Below, piece after piece: positions 28,690-38,858 of a stretch of 64,000 nucleotides of DNA (its first letter is position 1; each line of letters starts with the position of its first letter). Made by a program: the position numbers and the translations under genes. The stretch lies in the NCBI GenBank assembly GCA_965204535.1, contig CBDBEV010000001.1, forward strand, positions 832,001 to 896,000. Reading direction: 5' to 3'. Below the pieces are notes generated by a model. The model was given only the letters and a program-made list of their open reading frames with translations. It made no database searches and was not told the DNA's origin. Source of the stretch: a bacterium (lineage in GTDB: Bacteria > UBA8248).

Positions 28690-29853
28690 ATGCGTCTGGC
28701 TGATCGGATGAATCTGCTCAAAACGGAAAGCGCGTTCGTGGTTCTCGCCAAGGCGAGCGAGATGGAGCGCCAGGGCCGGGACATCATCCACCTGGAGATC
28801 GGCGATACCGATTTCGACACGCCATCGAGCATCGTCGAAGAGGCGTATGCGCAGTTAAAGGCGGGCAAGACGCATTACTGCCCCTCCGCCGGCGTGCTGG
28901 AGCTTCGCGAAGCGGCGTGCGAGTGGCTCGCGCGCGACGGGCGGGGGGCGTATTCGCCCGAAGAGATTGTCGTCGGTCCGGGCGGCAAGCCGTTTCTCTA
29001 CTACACCATCATGGCGACGGCGGGGCCGGGCGATGAGGTGATTTATCCTGACCCGGGATTCCCGGTCTATGAGTCCGTGGCGCTCTATGCGGGCGCGAAG
29101 CCCGTGCCGCTGCCGATACTCGAAGAAAACAACTTCCGCTTCACGCCCGACGATCTGCGCGCGCGCGTCACGGGGAAGACCCGCCTCCTCATCCTGAACT
29201 ACCCGCACAACCCCACCGGCGGGACGCTGACGAGGAACGAACTCGAAGCCATCGCGGAGATCGCGGTGGAAAACGACATCATCGTCCTGTCGGATGAGGT
29301 CTACGCCCACATGCTCTTCGAGGGAGAGCACGTATCGCTCGCCACGCTGCCGGGGATGCGCGAGCGCACCATTATGCTGGAGACGTTCTCGAAAACGTAC
29401 GCCATGACCGGCTGGCGCCTCGGCTTCATCGCCGCACCGGCCGCGCTCGCCGAGCCGCTCGCCCAGCTCATCACCAACTCGGTGAGCTGCGTGCCTCCCT
29501 TTATCCAGTTGGCGGGGGCGAAGGGGCTTCTGGAGGATCAGACGGAAAGCCGCGCCATGATGGATGATTTCAGGCGCAGGCGCGACATCTTCATCTCGGG
29601 CCTGAACGAGGTGGAAGGCATTTCTTGTCAATACCCCGACGGCGCTTTCTATGCGTTCCCCAACGTAAGCCGGATTCCCATGAGCGCGGATGATTTCGCC
29701 GACTATCTCCTCGATGAAGTCGGCGTGGCGACGCTGCCAGGCTCCGCCTTCGGCGTTCACGCGGAGGGTCACCTGAGGATGTGCTTCGCCAACAGCGTGG
29801 AGAATCTGGAGCGGGCCGTGGACCGCATCGCGGACGCCGTGAAGCGGTTGTGA
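28690..29853 (+). CDS. PLP-dependent class I/II aminotransferase
   Basis: PHNPTG, SDEVY, FSKTYAMTGWRLG. Confidence 0.92.
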   Translation: MRLADRMNLLKTESAFVVLAKASEMERQGRDIIHLEIGDTDFDTPSSIVEEAYAQLKAGKTHYCPSAGVLELREAACEWLARDGRGAYSPEEIVVGPGGKPFLYYTIMATAGPGDEVIYPDPGFPVYESVALYAGAKPVPLPILEENNFRFTPDDLRARVTGKTRLLILNYPHNPTGGTLTRNELEAIAEIAVENDIIVLSDEVYAHMLFEGEHVSLATLPGMRERTIMLETFSKTYAMTGWRLGFIAAPAALAEPLAQLITNSVSCVPPFIQLAGAKGLLEDQTESRAMMDDFRRRRDIFISGLNEVEGISCQYPDGAFYAFPNVSRIPMSADDFADYLLDEVGVATLPGSAFGVHAEGHLRMCFANSVENLERAVDRIADAVKRL

Positions 29854-30866
29854 AGATGAACGGCAAGGTGTCCTCTGAATATCTGCCGCGCGTGTTCCTC
29901 TCCCGAAAGTTTCCGCCGCATCATTTCGAGGACCTGAAACGCTCCACCGAATTCATCATGCACGCGAAAGACGTGAAGCCGACTCCCGCCGGCTACAAAC
30001 GCGCCGTGCGCGGTGCGGACGTCCTCATCTCGATGGTGGGAGACGAGATAGACGCCGGCTTCCTGGACGCCGCGCCGCGCCTCAAGCTGGTCGCCAACTG
30101 CGGGGTCGGCTTCAACAATCTCGATTTGGACGAGATCACGAGACGGGGAATTTTGGCCACCAACACGCCCGGCGTCGTTACCGAGCCGACGGCGGAATGC
30201 GCCATGGCGCTCCTGCTCGCGGTGAGCAGGCGGGTGGCGGAGGCGGATTCGTATATCAGAACCGGGCGGTGGAAGGGCTGGACGCCCACGCTTCTCGAGG
30301 GCCGGGGCCTGAACGGCCGGGCTCTCGGTATCGTCGGTCTGGGGCGCATCGGCTGCGCCGTGGCGCGCATGGCGAACGCGTTCGGCATGAAGGTCCGCTA
30401 CTGGAGCCGGAACAGGAAGAGCCACGAAATGGAGCAGGAGACGGGCGTCTCCTACCGCTCATTCGGGGGGCTTTTGCGCGAGTCCGATTTCCTGAGCGTG
30501 CACTTGGCCCTGAACGATGAGACGCGCCGGCTCATCGGCGCAGCGGAGTTCGCCCGGATGAAGGAGGGGGCCGTGGTGATCAACACCGCCCGTGGCCCCA
30601 TTCTGGACGAGAAGGCCCTGGTCGCCGCGCTTCGCTCGGGCCATCTCGGAGGTGCCGGGCTGGACGTGTTCGAGGATGAACCCAGGCCGCACCCGGGGCT
30701 CCTCAGGATGAAGAACGTCGTCATGATGCCGCATCTGGGGACGAATACCGATCTGGGCCGGGACGCGGTCTCGGAGCGCGTGGAGAGAAACGTGAAGGCC
30801 TATCTGCTCGGCAGGCGTCCCCCCGATCTGCTGAACCCCGAAGCCTGGCCCCACAGGAGGCGCTGA
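29850..30866 (+). CDS. Glyoxylate reductase / D-glycerate dehydrogenase family
   Basis: GIVGLGRIG, INTARG, LDVFEDEP, PHLG; GTG start overlaps upstream stop. Confidence 0.88.
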   Translation: MKMNGKVSSEYLPRVFLSRKFPPHHFEDLKRSTEFIMHAKDVKPTPAGYKRAVRGADVLISMVGDEIDAGFLDAAPRLKLVANCGVGFNNLDLDEITRRGILATNTPGVVTEPTAECAMALLLAVSRRVAEADSYIRTGRWKGWTPTLLEGRGLNGRALGIVGLGRIGCAVARMANAFGMKVRYWSRNRKSHEMEQETGVSYRSFGGLLRESDFLSVHLALNDETRRLIGAAEFARMKEGAVVINTARGPILDEKALVAALRSGHLGGAGLDVFEDEPRPHPGLLRMKNVVMMPHLGTNTDLGRDAVSERVERNVKAYLLGRRPPDLLNPEAWPHRRR

Positions 30867-32881
30867 TGCCGGGGCGCGCGAGAAAGACGCTCCGGATCGG
30901 CGTCGACACGGGCGGGACTTTTACGGATTTCATCTCCTTCGACGGCGCCCGCGTGCGCGTCCACAAGGTGCCCTCCACGCCCGATGCGCCCGAGCGCGCC
31001 ATCCTGCAGGGGCTGGATGAGATTCTGGAGGGCCGCGGCCTCGCCCTGGACATCACCCACGGCTCCACCGTGGCGACGAACGCCCTGCTCACCCGCCGGG
31101 GCGCCAGGACCGCCCTCGTCACGACGGCGGGTTTCGAGGACCTGATCGAGATCGGCCGCCAGAACCGGAAAGAACTCTACAATCTCGCGTACCGCAAGCC
31201 GTCGGCGCTCGTGCCGAGAGACCTCAGGATGGGCGTGGCGGAGCGCCTCGATGAAAAAGGCGGCGAGCTCCTCCGCCTGAAGGCATCGGACGTAAGAGCG
31301 CTGAGAGGAAAACTTAAAGAAGCGGGCGTCGAGTCCGTCGCCATCTGCCTGCTGCACGCTTATGCGAACCCTGCGCATGAACAGAAAGTGGCCGACGCGG
31401 TCCGGCGGAGCGGGATTCACGTATCGATGTCCAGCCAGGTGCTGCCCGAGTTCCGGGAATACGAGCGCATGAGCACCACGTGCGTGAACGCCTACGTGTC
31501 TCCCATGATGAACAGGTACTTGAAGGATTTGGAATCGCGGCTCGATTCGGGACGATTGCGGGTCATGCAGAGCAACGGCGGCGTCATTTCGAGCACGATG
31601 GCGGGCGAGGAGGCCATCCGGACGATTCTTTCCGGCCCCGCCGGCGGCGTCGTGGGCGCCTATGAGGTGGCGAAACGGGCGGGGTTTGCGAACGCGATCG
31701 CGTTCGATATGGGCGGCACGAGCACGGACGTCTCCCTGCTGCACGGCGGGGTCGGCTTCACGGCGGAGACGGAAGTCGCCGGCTGTCCGATCCGGGTCCC
31801 CCTCATCGACATCCACACGGTGGGCGCGGGCGGCGGCTCGATCGCCCGGGTCGATCCGGGGGGCGCACTGGCCGTCGGCCCCCAGAGCGCGGGCGCAGAT
31901 CCCGGTCCGATATGCTACGGCAAGGGGGATCAGGTCACCGTCACGGACGCGAACCTGTTCCTGGGCCGCCTCGATCCCGAGCAATTCCTGGGCGGCCGGA
32001 TGGCGCTCGACATGGAGCCGGTGAAAGCCGGCGTCGCGCGACTGGCGAAGTCCCTGCGCCTCGACGACCGGCAGGCGGCCGAGGGCGTGATCCGCGTCGC
32101 CAACCAGCACATGGCGGGCGCGATCCGCCTCATCAGCGTGGAGCGGGGCCACGACCCGCGCCAATTCGCCTTGATCTCCTTCGGCGGCGCGGGAGCGATG
32201 CACGCCTGCTCCCTGGCCGAGATTCTGGGGATTCCGGGCGTCGTCGTCCCGGGTGACCCGGGGATTCTCTCGGCACGTGGCATGCTGACGGCCGACGTGG
32301 TGAAGGACTACGCCCGGACGGTGCTCCTGCCGCTTGCGGGCTTGAACAAGAAAACGCTTGCGAGCCACTTTTCGCCCTTGCTGCAAAAAGGGCGGGAGGA
32401 CCTCAAGTTCGAGGGTTTCGCAAAGCCCGCCTTTTCGCTCTTCATCGACATGCGCTACCTCGGGCAATCGTATGAACTGACGCTCCCCTACCGACCCGAG
32501 ACGGGCGTGGACTTGCGCAAGAGCCTCCGGGCGGCGTTCGATGCGTTGCACGATGAGCGCTTCGGCACCGCAAGCCCCGAGAGCGCCATCGAGGTCGTGA
32601 CGCTGAGGGTCCGGGGCGTGGGGGAGGTGGAGCGTCCGCCCGCGAGGCGGCTTCCGAAGGCCCGGAGAGATGTTTTCGGTGCGCTCATGGGAAGCCGGAA
32701 GATGGTTTTTGGGGGAAAACAAGTCGAGGGCGCGGTCTATATGCGCGATAAATTTTCTCGCGGGAATCGCTTCAATGGGCCGGCGCTGGTGTGTGAGTTC
32801 AGCGCGACGACGGTCGTCCCGCCCGGCTGGGAATGCCGGGTGGACGAGTGGGGCAATCTCGTGTTGAAGAACGCAGGCTGA
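30866..32881 (+). CDS. Hydantoinase A / oxoprolinase family subunit
   Basis: GVDTGGTFTD, HGSTVATN, SGPAGG, DMGGTSTD, SAGADPGP. Confidence 0.92.
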   Translation: MPGRARKTLRIGVDTGGTFTDFISFDGARVRVHKVPSTPDAPERAILQGLDEILEGRGLALDITHGSTVATNALLTRRGARTALVTTAGFEDLIEIGRQNRKELYNLAYRKPSALVPRDLRMGVAERLDEKGGELLRLKASDVRALRGKLKEAGVESVAICLLHAYANPAHEQKVADAVRRSGIHVSMSSQVLPEFREYERMSTTCVNAYVSPMMNRYLKDLESRLDSGRLRVMQSNGGVISSTMAGEEAIRTILSGPAGGVVGAYEVAKRAGFANAIAFDMGGTSTDVSLLHGGVGFTAETEVAGCPIRVPLIDIHTVGAGGGSIARVDPGGALAVGPQSAGADPGPICYGKGDQVTVTDANLFLGRLDPEQFLGGRMALDMEPVKAGVARLAKSLRLDDRQAAEGVIRVANQHMAGAIRLISVERGHDPRQFALISFGGAGAMHACSLAEILGIPGVVVPGDPGILSARGMLTADVVKDYARTVLLPLAGLNKKTLASHFSPLLQKGREDLKFEGFAKPAFSLFIDMRYLGQSYELTLPYRPETGVDLRKSLRAAFDALHDERFGTASPESAIEVVTLRVRGVGEVERPPARRLPKARRDVFGALMGSRKMVFGGKQVEGAVYMRDKFSRGNRFNGPALVCEFSATTVVPPGWECRVDEWGNLVLKNAG

Positions 32882-32890
32882 GAGGGCGCG

Positions 32891-34483
32891 ATGGCGAACA
32901 GGTACGATCCGATACTCCTGGAAGTTTTCCGCAACCTGCTGTTCGCGGCCTCGGAAGAGATGGGCGTGGCGCTCTGCCGCTCCTCGTTCTCCCCCAACAT
33001 CAAGGAGCGCAAGGATTATTCGTGCGCCGTCTTCGATGCCGAGGGCCGGATGGCGGCGCAGGCGGCGCATCTGCCCGCCCACCTGGGCTCCATGCCGATG
33101 TCGGTGGAATACGTCATCGAGCGCATGACGCTGGAGCCGGGCGACGTGGTCGTGCTGAACGACCCCTTCCACGGGGGCAACCACCTGCCCGACATCACCA
33201 TGATCTCACCCGTGTACGGCACGGAGCGGGGGAAGGAAAAACTCATCTATTACGTCGCCAACCGGGCGCACCATGCCGACGTGGGCGGCATCGCGCCGGG
33301 TTCGATGAGCATCACGACGGAGATATTCCAGGACGGCGTGGTGATCCCGCCGGTGAAACTCGTGCGCGGGGGGGAGATGCAGGAAGACGTGTTCGCGCTC
33401 ATCCTCGCGAACGTGCGCACGGCCGAGGAGCGCAGGGGAGACATCGCGGCGCAAATCGCGGCGAACCGCGTGGGCGAGCGGCGGATTCTGGAGATCATCG
33501 AGCGCCACGGCCTCGCCGAGACCCTGCGCTACACGGCCGAGTTGCAGAGATACTCCGAGCGGCTGACCAAGGCCGTGATACGCGACATTCCCGACGGGCG
33601 CTACCGCTTCGAGGATTATATGGACGACGACGGTTTCGGCAGCGGCCCTGTTCCGATACGGGTGGAGATCACCGTGCGCGGCTCGAAGATGCGCGTGGAT
33701 TACACAGGCTCCGCTCCGCAGACCCAGGGCAGCGTGAACGCGGTGGAGTCCATCGCGCGCACGGCGGCCTACTACGCCCTGCGCTGTCTGGTGCCCTACG
33801 ACATACCGAACAACTCGGGCTGCATGGACCCCATTGAGGTGGTGGCGCCCTCTGGAACCGTGGTGAACGCTGAGTTTCCCGCCGCTGTCGCCGGCGGAAA
33901 CGTGGAGACGAGCCAGCGAATGGTCGACGTGATATTAGGCGCGCTCGCGAAAGCCTGTCCCGGCAAGATACCCGCAGCGTCGTGCGGCACGATGAACAAC
34001 TTGACGGTGGGGGGTCTGGACCATCGCGCGGGGCCACGGCAGGGCCGCCCCTACGCCTACTATGAGACCACGGGCGGCGGCATGGGCGGCGGCCCCTGGG
34101 GCGACGGGGAAGACGCCATCCACACCCATCTCACCAACACCCTGAACACCCCGATCGAAGCGCTCGAGCATGCCTATCCGTTCCGCGTGAGCCGCTACAC
34201 CGTCCGCCGGGGCAGCGGCGGCGGGGGAAAACACCGCGGCGGCGACGGCATCATCCGCGAGATCGAACTCCTGGGCGACGCCACCGTCTCGTTCATGACG
34301 GAGCGGCGGGAGAAGCCTCCCTGGCCTCTCAATGGGGGCGAACCCGGCATGAAGGGAAGAAACTCGCTCATCAAGGTAGATGAAACACAGGAATTTCCCG
34401 GCAAGGCGCGTCTCTCGGCGAAGCGCGGGGACAGGATACGCCTGGAAACGCCCGGCGGCGGCGGTTGGGGCAGGAAGGATTGA
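32891..34483 (+). CDS. Hydantoinase B / oxoprolinase family subunit
   Basis: SPNIKERKDYS, NDPFHGGNHLPD, HHADVGG, TPGGGGWG. Confidence 0.92.
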   Translation: MANRYDPILLEVFRNLLFAASEEMGVALCRSSFSPNIKERKDYSCAVFDAEGRMAAQAAHLPAHLGSMPMSVEYVIERMTLEPGDVVVLNDPFHGGNHLPDITMISPVYGTERGKEKLIYYVANRAHHADVGGIAPGSMSITTEIFQDGVVIPPVKLVRGGEMQEDVFALILANVRTAEERRGDIAAQIAANRVGERRILEIIERHGLAETLRYTAELQRYSERLTKAVIRDIPDGRYRFEDYMDDDGFGSGPVPIRVEITVRGSKMRVDYTGSAPQTQGSVNAVESIARTAAYYALRCLVPYDIPNNSGCMDPIEVVAPSGTVVNAEFPAAVAGGNVETSQRMVDVILGALAKACPGKIPAASCGTMNNLTVGGLDHRAGPRQGRPYAYYETTGGGMGGGPWGDGEDAIHTHLTNTLNTPIEALEHAYPFRVSRYTVRRGSGGGGKHRGGDGIIREIELLGDATVSFMTERREKPPWPLNGGEPGMKGRNSLIKVDETQEFPGKARLSAKRGDRIRLETPGGGGWGRKD

Positions 34484-34564
34484 GCGGGTTCAGCCTTTTC
34501 GGGGTAGTTGGATAACTCGGCTTACGTCATCTACGGCGCGCTCTCCTCGCCAAGAAGAATTTCA

Positions 34565-34865
34565 AATCAACTCCCCCCACCGGTTCGGTTTCGGGCAAAA
34601 CCCCCCTCACCTCACCGACTCCCCCTCAAGGGGGGAGTGAATCCTCTCTCATCGGGGTTTTTCTTCCACCCCCTTGTCAGGGGATAAAGGCAACCCCCCC
34701 TACCCCCCCTTGTCAGGGGGGTATGAAAAGGCGACGTCCACCGCCGGTAGAGGGGCTTTTGTTTTTTCTTACCCCCTGGTCGGTGTAGTAATCCCCCAAC
34801 CCTTATCAGGGGGCTTTGTTTTTTTTACCCCCCTGTCAAGGGGGGGTAGGGGGGGTTGCTTTTCA
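34565..34865. repeat. Palindromic repeat mosaic 5
   Basis: GACTCCCCCTCAAGGGGGGAGTGA half element plus CCCCCCTACCCCCC element 34680-34864. Confidence 0.88.
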
Positions 34866-34919
34866 GGCAGGGGCTGTTTTCCGGCGTTCCCGGCTTATCC
34901 GGTAATCGCCGAAAATCTT

Positions 34920-35804
34920 CTATCTTTCCAGGTACTTCGCAGGAATCGAGTTTATCGCTCCATCCATCATGGACTTGATCCGGTTGATTTCATTCAAAAT
35001 TTCCCGATGGCTTGAACACCCGCTTAGAGAACCTTTACAACCTTGAGCCGCCTTGATTCTCCGCTCCTCCAAAGGCGAGACCGAACGGGCGTAATCCAGA
35101 TAGGCCCCGCACCGCACCTGCTGAACCTGATAAAGCGTCTCTTTCTTATCATACCAACCGGCAAGAGAGGGTCTTTGTACACAGCGCTCGGCGGAACGCC
35201 GCATTTTCCCCAAAACGTCGAGCGTATCGACATAGGACAGCCTCTCCCGGCTGTTCACGATATCCCCTAAAGCCTTGTTATATCCATTAAAGTAAAGCTC
35301 GGGAATGGTGGCGAACACGTAATAACTGGTATAAACCTGATACTCTATCTCTTCCATATCCAGTGTAGTACCTTTAGGATAATTACCTAGAGACTCTATC
35401 ATCCGCGCCGCTTTTTCATAATAATGAACCGCCGAATTATAGTCTTCCAGATTACCGATACGGCCTCTTTCCGCCCTGTCAAAAGACCTATTCGCCATGA
35501 AATAAAGACCCAACAGATGCGTGGCGGAAATGTGGCCTGAATCGGAGGCTCTTTGCAGATGAGCCATTCCTTCCTTTTCTTTTCCAATACATACAGAAAT
35601 AATACCTAAACTATATATAAACAAAGATTTTGGATGTTTTTTTATTAGTTGATGGAATTTATTATATCTTTCTAAATTATCATTACCACCACATTTAATT
35701 AGATCCACAGCTCCAAAGGAATTCGAAGCAAAAACAAATCCAATCCCGACCAGCAAAACGGCCAGCTTCACCGCCTTGGGACATGCCCCGCGCCCGAATC
35801 GCAT
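34920..35804 (-). CDS. Secreted Cys-rich hypothetical protein with Sel1-like repeat
   Basis: Signal peptide-like N-terminus; EGMAHLQRASDSGHISATHLLGLYF resembles a Sel1 repeat; AT-rich; start after AAGGAGG. Confidence 0.65.
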   Translation of the reverse strand: MRFGRGACPKAVKLAVLLVGIGFVFASNSFGAVDLIKCGGNDNLERYNKFHQLIKKHPKSLFIYSLGIISVCIGKEKEGMAHLQRASDSGHISATHLLGLYFMANRSFDRAERGRIGNLEDYNSAVHYYEKAARMIESLGNYPKGTTLDMEEIEYQVYTSYYVFATIPELYFNGYNKALGDIVNSRERLSYVDTLDVLGKMRRSAERCVQRPSLAGWYDKKETLYQVQQVRCGAYLDYARSVSPLEERRIKAAQGCKGSLSGCSSHREILNEINRIKSMMDGAINSIPAKYLER

Positions 35805-35944
35805 CGCCGCCTCCTTCCGCTTCAAAAGTTTTTTTCGTGAGTTTCTTCGTCGATTGCAGTTGCCCCCGTATTTAATCCGAGAACTCGATGCGTGACAAGG
35901 GGGTGTTGGAGGAGGCGGCCCCTCCCTCACCGGGTGGAATTGAT

Positions 35945-36040
35945 TGTAGGGGCCGCATATATGCGGCCCTGCCTTTTATCGGCAAAACACGGAACCGTCC
36001 CCTGCAATTCAGGTGGTACCCCGCCGGCATGACGACAGTG
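35945..36040. repeat. Palindromic repeat remnant 6
   Basis: GTAGGGGCCGCATATATGCGGCCC and a degenerate CGTC-type end. Confidence 0.75.
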
Positions 36041-36060
36041 GGTCATCTCGATAAGATAAG

Positions 36061-36089
36061 TTGACAAATAGTAACATTTAAGTTACCTT
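36061..36089 (+). promoter_or_regulatory. TA promoter with palindromic operator
   Basis: TTGACA - 17 nt - TACCTT, with GTAAC-N6-GTTAC inverted repeat overlapping spacer and -10. Confidence 0.6.
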
Positions 36090-36095
36090 TATCGA

Positions 36096-36425
36096 ATGAT
36101 CGAGGTAAGAGAGTACATCGACACCGTTGGCCGCAGCCCATACGCCAGATGGTTCAATCGGCTGAATGCCCAGGCTGCAGCCAAGGTCGCAATGGCGACT
36201 GTTCGGATGGCGCAGGGAAATCTCTCGAACACCAAGGGCGTAGGCGGCGGCGTGTTCGAATACAGAATCAACTTCGGCCCCGGCTACCGGATCTATTTCG
36301 GAAAAGATGGGGATACCCTCATCATTCTCCTGGGAGGAGGAACCAAAAGCCGCCAGCAAGTCGACATCGAATTGGCCCGCAGTCTTTGGCGGGAATACAG
36401 ATACCGCATACACGAGGAGAACTAA
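36096..36425 (+). CDS. Type II TA toxin, RelE/ParE (HigB-like) family
   Basis: EYRINFGPGYRIYFG, LLGGGTKSRQQVDI addiction-module-killer motifs. Confidence 0.9.
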   Translation: MIEVREYIDTVGRSPYARWFNRLNAQAAAKVAMATVRMAQGNLSNTKGVGGGVFEYRINFGPGYRIYFGKDGDTLIILLGGGTKSRQQVDIELARSLWREYRYRIHEEN

Positions 36426-36427
36426 CC

Positions 36428-36745
36428 ATGCCACTCACGCGGGATTTCAGGGAGACGATTCAGGCAAGGGTTCAGCGCGACCCGGCCTTCCGGGAGGAGT
36501 TATTGAAAGAAGGCGTCGAATGCCTCCTCACTGGCGAGGTGGAAGTCGGCAAGGCGGCCCTGCGCGATTTCATCAACGCGACGGTGGGCTTCGAGACCTT
36601 GGGTTCTCTCACAGGGAAATCACCCAAGAGCCTCATGCGCATGTTCGGGCCCGATGGCAATCCACAGGCCAGGAACCTCTTCGACGTCATCGCCCGGCTC
36701 CAGGAAAGCGAGGGGCTCAGGCTCGAAGTCCGTGCGGTTCGTTAG
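36428..36745 (+). CDS. Cognate HTH antitoxin / transcriptional regulator
   Basis: MPLTRDFRETI...KSLMRMFGPDGNP; follows the toxin with GAGGAG RBS (toxin-first order). Confidence 0.88.
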   Translation: MPLTRDFRETIQARVQRDPAFREELLKEGVECLLTGEVEVGKAALRDFINATVGFETLGSLTGKSPKSLMRMFGPDGNPQARNLFDVIARLQESEGLRLEVRAVR

Positions 36746-36749
36746 ATTT

Positions 36750-37256
36750 TATGGGCGACCACAGGGGTGGCAGACATATATGTCTGACCGTGTGTCCGCC
36801 CTTTTCTGTTTTTCGTCAATCCGATTGTAGGGGTCGTTCGCGAACGACCCCTACGGGAGGTCAAACACGAGCGCAGGAGGAGGCTTTTTCAACAACCCCA
36901 CACATGCGTCACTTTGCATTTGCCCGTCATTCCGGCCTTGCGCCGGAATCCAGAGCCGATGAGAGAATTCCGGGTCGAGAGAATCCCGCCGCCTGAATCG
37001 GTTTGCCGCGTTCGCGTTTTTCTTCTACGTCCGTCCGCCTGGATTCCGGCATTCGCCGGAATGACGAACGAAACCGCACCCGCTTCATCCTGAGTAGCGG
37101 CGAAGCCGCGTATCGAAGGATGGCCTCTCGTGCCGGCGCGAGCCCCTCGACCTTCGATACGCCGCCTTCGGCGGCTACTCAGGGTGAGGAAAGAGGCGAT
37201 GGCGGTTTCCAGGGGACAAATACAGGAGTTTTCACCCCCCTCTGACAAGGGGGGTG
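36750..37256. repeat. Palindromic repeat mosaic 7
   Basis: GTAGGGGTCGTTCGCGAACGACCCCTAC; CGTC doublet 36925-37066; 37030-37210 is an inverted copy of 18780-18970. Confidence 0.9.
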
Positions 37257-37415
37257 CTTTTCATGACGGGCCGCGAAATTCCCGGAACGATTTTGCCCTT
37301 TGGCCTTTTCTTTTATAAGATACGTCTGAGGAAGGTTGATATTTTATTTTTCATGCGGCTGTGCCCTGTTTCCGGGCCGGCCTTTCTTTGTTGATGCGCA
37401 TGGGAGGAGCGTCCG

Positions 37416-38333
37416 ATGCCCGGTGAGCGATTCGTCTATCTCAACGGTGAGATCATGGAAGAGAAAAGCGCCAGGATATCGCCCTTCGATCGCGGCTTCC
37501 TCTGGGGCGACGGGGTGTACGAGGTGACCCCGTGTTTCGATGGAAAGCTGTACCGGCTCGACGATCATATCGACCGTCTCTACCGCTCGCTCAAGTACGT
37601 CCGCATCGAGGTGGGTCTCAGCCAGGCGGATATGAAGCAGGCGACGCTGGCCACCCTGGAGTCGAACCTGTGCCGTCTGGAGGAGGGCGCCATGTACCGC
37701 GTCGGCCACTGGGTGACCCGCGGATATGACGATCCCTCCATGGCGGCGGGCGCGGCGGGGCCCGCTTCGGTGTTCATATTCTGGCGGCCCGTGAACGTCG
37801 CCTCTTTCGCCGAGCGGTATCTGAACGGCGTGCGGCTGGCGATTACGCCCACGAGGCGCAATCCGCCCGAGTGCATCGAGACGAGGGCCAAGGTGACGAG
37901 CAAGATGAACCAGATTCTGGCGGAACTGGACGCCGCCGCATCGGGTTCCCTGTCCCTGATGCTCGACATTCGCGGGAACGTGGCGGAAAACTCGGTCGCC
38001 AATTTCTTCATGGTGAAAGACGGCGCGCTCTGGACGCCGCCCGAGAGGAACATCCTGCAGGGGGTGACCCGCATCGCGGTGTTCGAGCTGGCCGCGCGCC
38101 TGGGAATCGCCGTCGAGGAAAGGGACATGACGACCTACGACTTGGCGCAGGCAGAGGAGTATTTCATCACCTCGAGCGCGATATGCGCCATGCCGGTGCG
38201 CGAGATCGACAGCTTCCAGCCGAGCGCGCCGGTTCCGGGGCCGGTCACGAAGTGCCTGATCGAGGCGTTCGTGGAGGATACGGGGTATGACTTTCGCGAG
38301 CAGGTGAAGGAAAAGATGACGGAAGGCGCCTGA
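37416..38333 (+). CDS. Class IV PLP aminotransferase (IlvE/D-amino-acid type)
   Basis: DRGFLWGDGVYE, AK catalytic Lys, ENSVANFF, ILQGVTR. Confidence 0.9.
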   Translation: MPGERFVYLNGEIMEEKSARISPFDRGFLWGDGVYEVTPCFDGKLYRLDDHIDRLYRSLKYVRIEVGLSQADMKQATLATLESNLCRLEEGAMYRVGHWVTRGYDDPSMAAGAAGPASVFIFWRPVNVASFAERYLNGVRLAITPTRRNPPECIETRAKVTSKMNQILAELDAAASGSLSLMLDIRGNVAENSVANFFMVKDGALWTPPERNILQGVTRIAVFELAARLGIAVEERDMTTYDLAQAEEYFITSSAICAMPVREIDSFQPSAPVPGPVTKCLIEAFVEDTGYDFREQVKEKMTEGA

Positions 38334-38373
38334 GGCGCGGTTTTCGATTATTTCAACGCCGGAAGAGGAAGAA

Positions 38374-38853
38374 ATGCCGTATTACATCACCAAAGCGAGC
38401 CTCGAGGGGCTGAGGCAAAAGGTCGAAGAGATTCAGTACCGTCTGAAGCATGAGGTGTCGAAAGAGATCGGCAGGGCGGCGAGCCTGGGCGATCTGAGCG
38501 AGAACGCCGAGTGGGAGGCGGCCATCGAGCTGCAGGGCAACCTCAAGAACGAGGTGAGCCGGATCATGGACAAGATCCGCGAGGCGAGCGTGATCGAGGA
38601 ACTCCCCATCTCGGGCGATCGCGTCACCATCGGCACAAAAGTCACGCTCTTCGACCTGGACAAGAATGAAGAGCTTACCTACGAGATACTGGGTGAGGAG
38701 GAAAGCGACCTCCCCAACGGAATCATATCCTTCAGCGCGCCGCTCTCGCGCGGGCTCATGCAGAAAGAACCGGGCGATGAGGTGGCGGTTCAGCTGCCCG
38801 GCGGCGTGAGAAATTTCGAGATCGTGGACGTCGAAAAAATCGAATTTCCCTGA
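38374..38853 (+). CDS. greA: Transcription elongation factor GreA/GreB family
   Basis: GDLSENAEW, ISFSAPLSRGL. Confidence 0.9.
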   Translation: MPYYITKASLEGLRQKVEEIQYRLKHEVSKEIGRAASLGDLSENAEWEAAIELQGNLKNEVSRIMDKIREASVIEELPISGDRVTIGTKVTLFDLDKNEELTYEILGEEESDLPNGIISFSAPLSRGLMQKEPGDEVAVQLPGGVRNFEIVDVEKIEFP

Positions 38854-38858
38854 TTTTC

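Noticed and set aside
30800-33184. 794-aa minus-strand ORF (also 55013-57025 and similar long antisense ORFs)
   Set aside because: Shadow frames of well-supported genes in high-GC DNA, with no recognisable motifs
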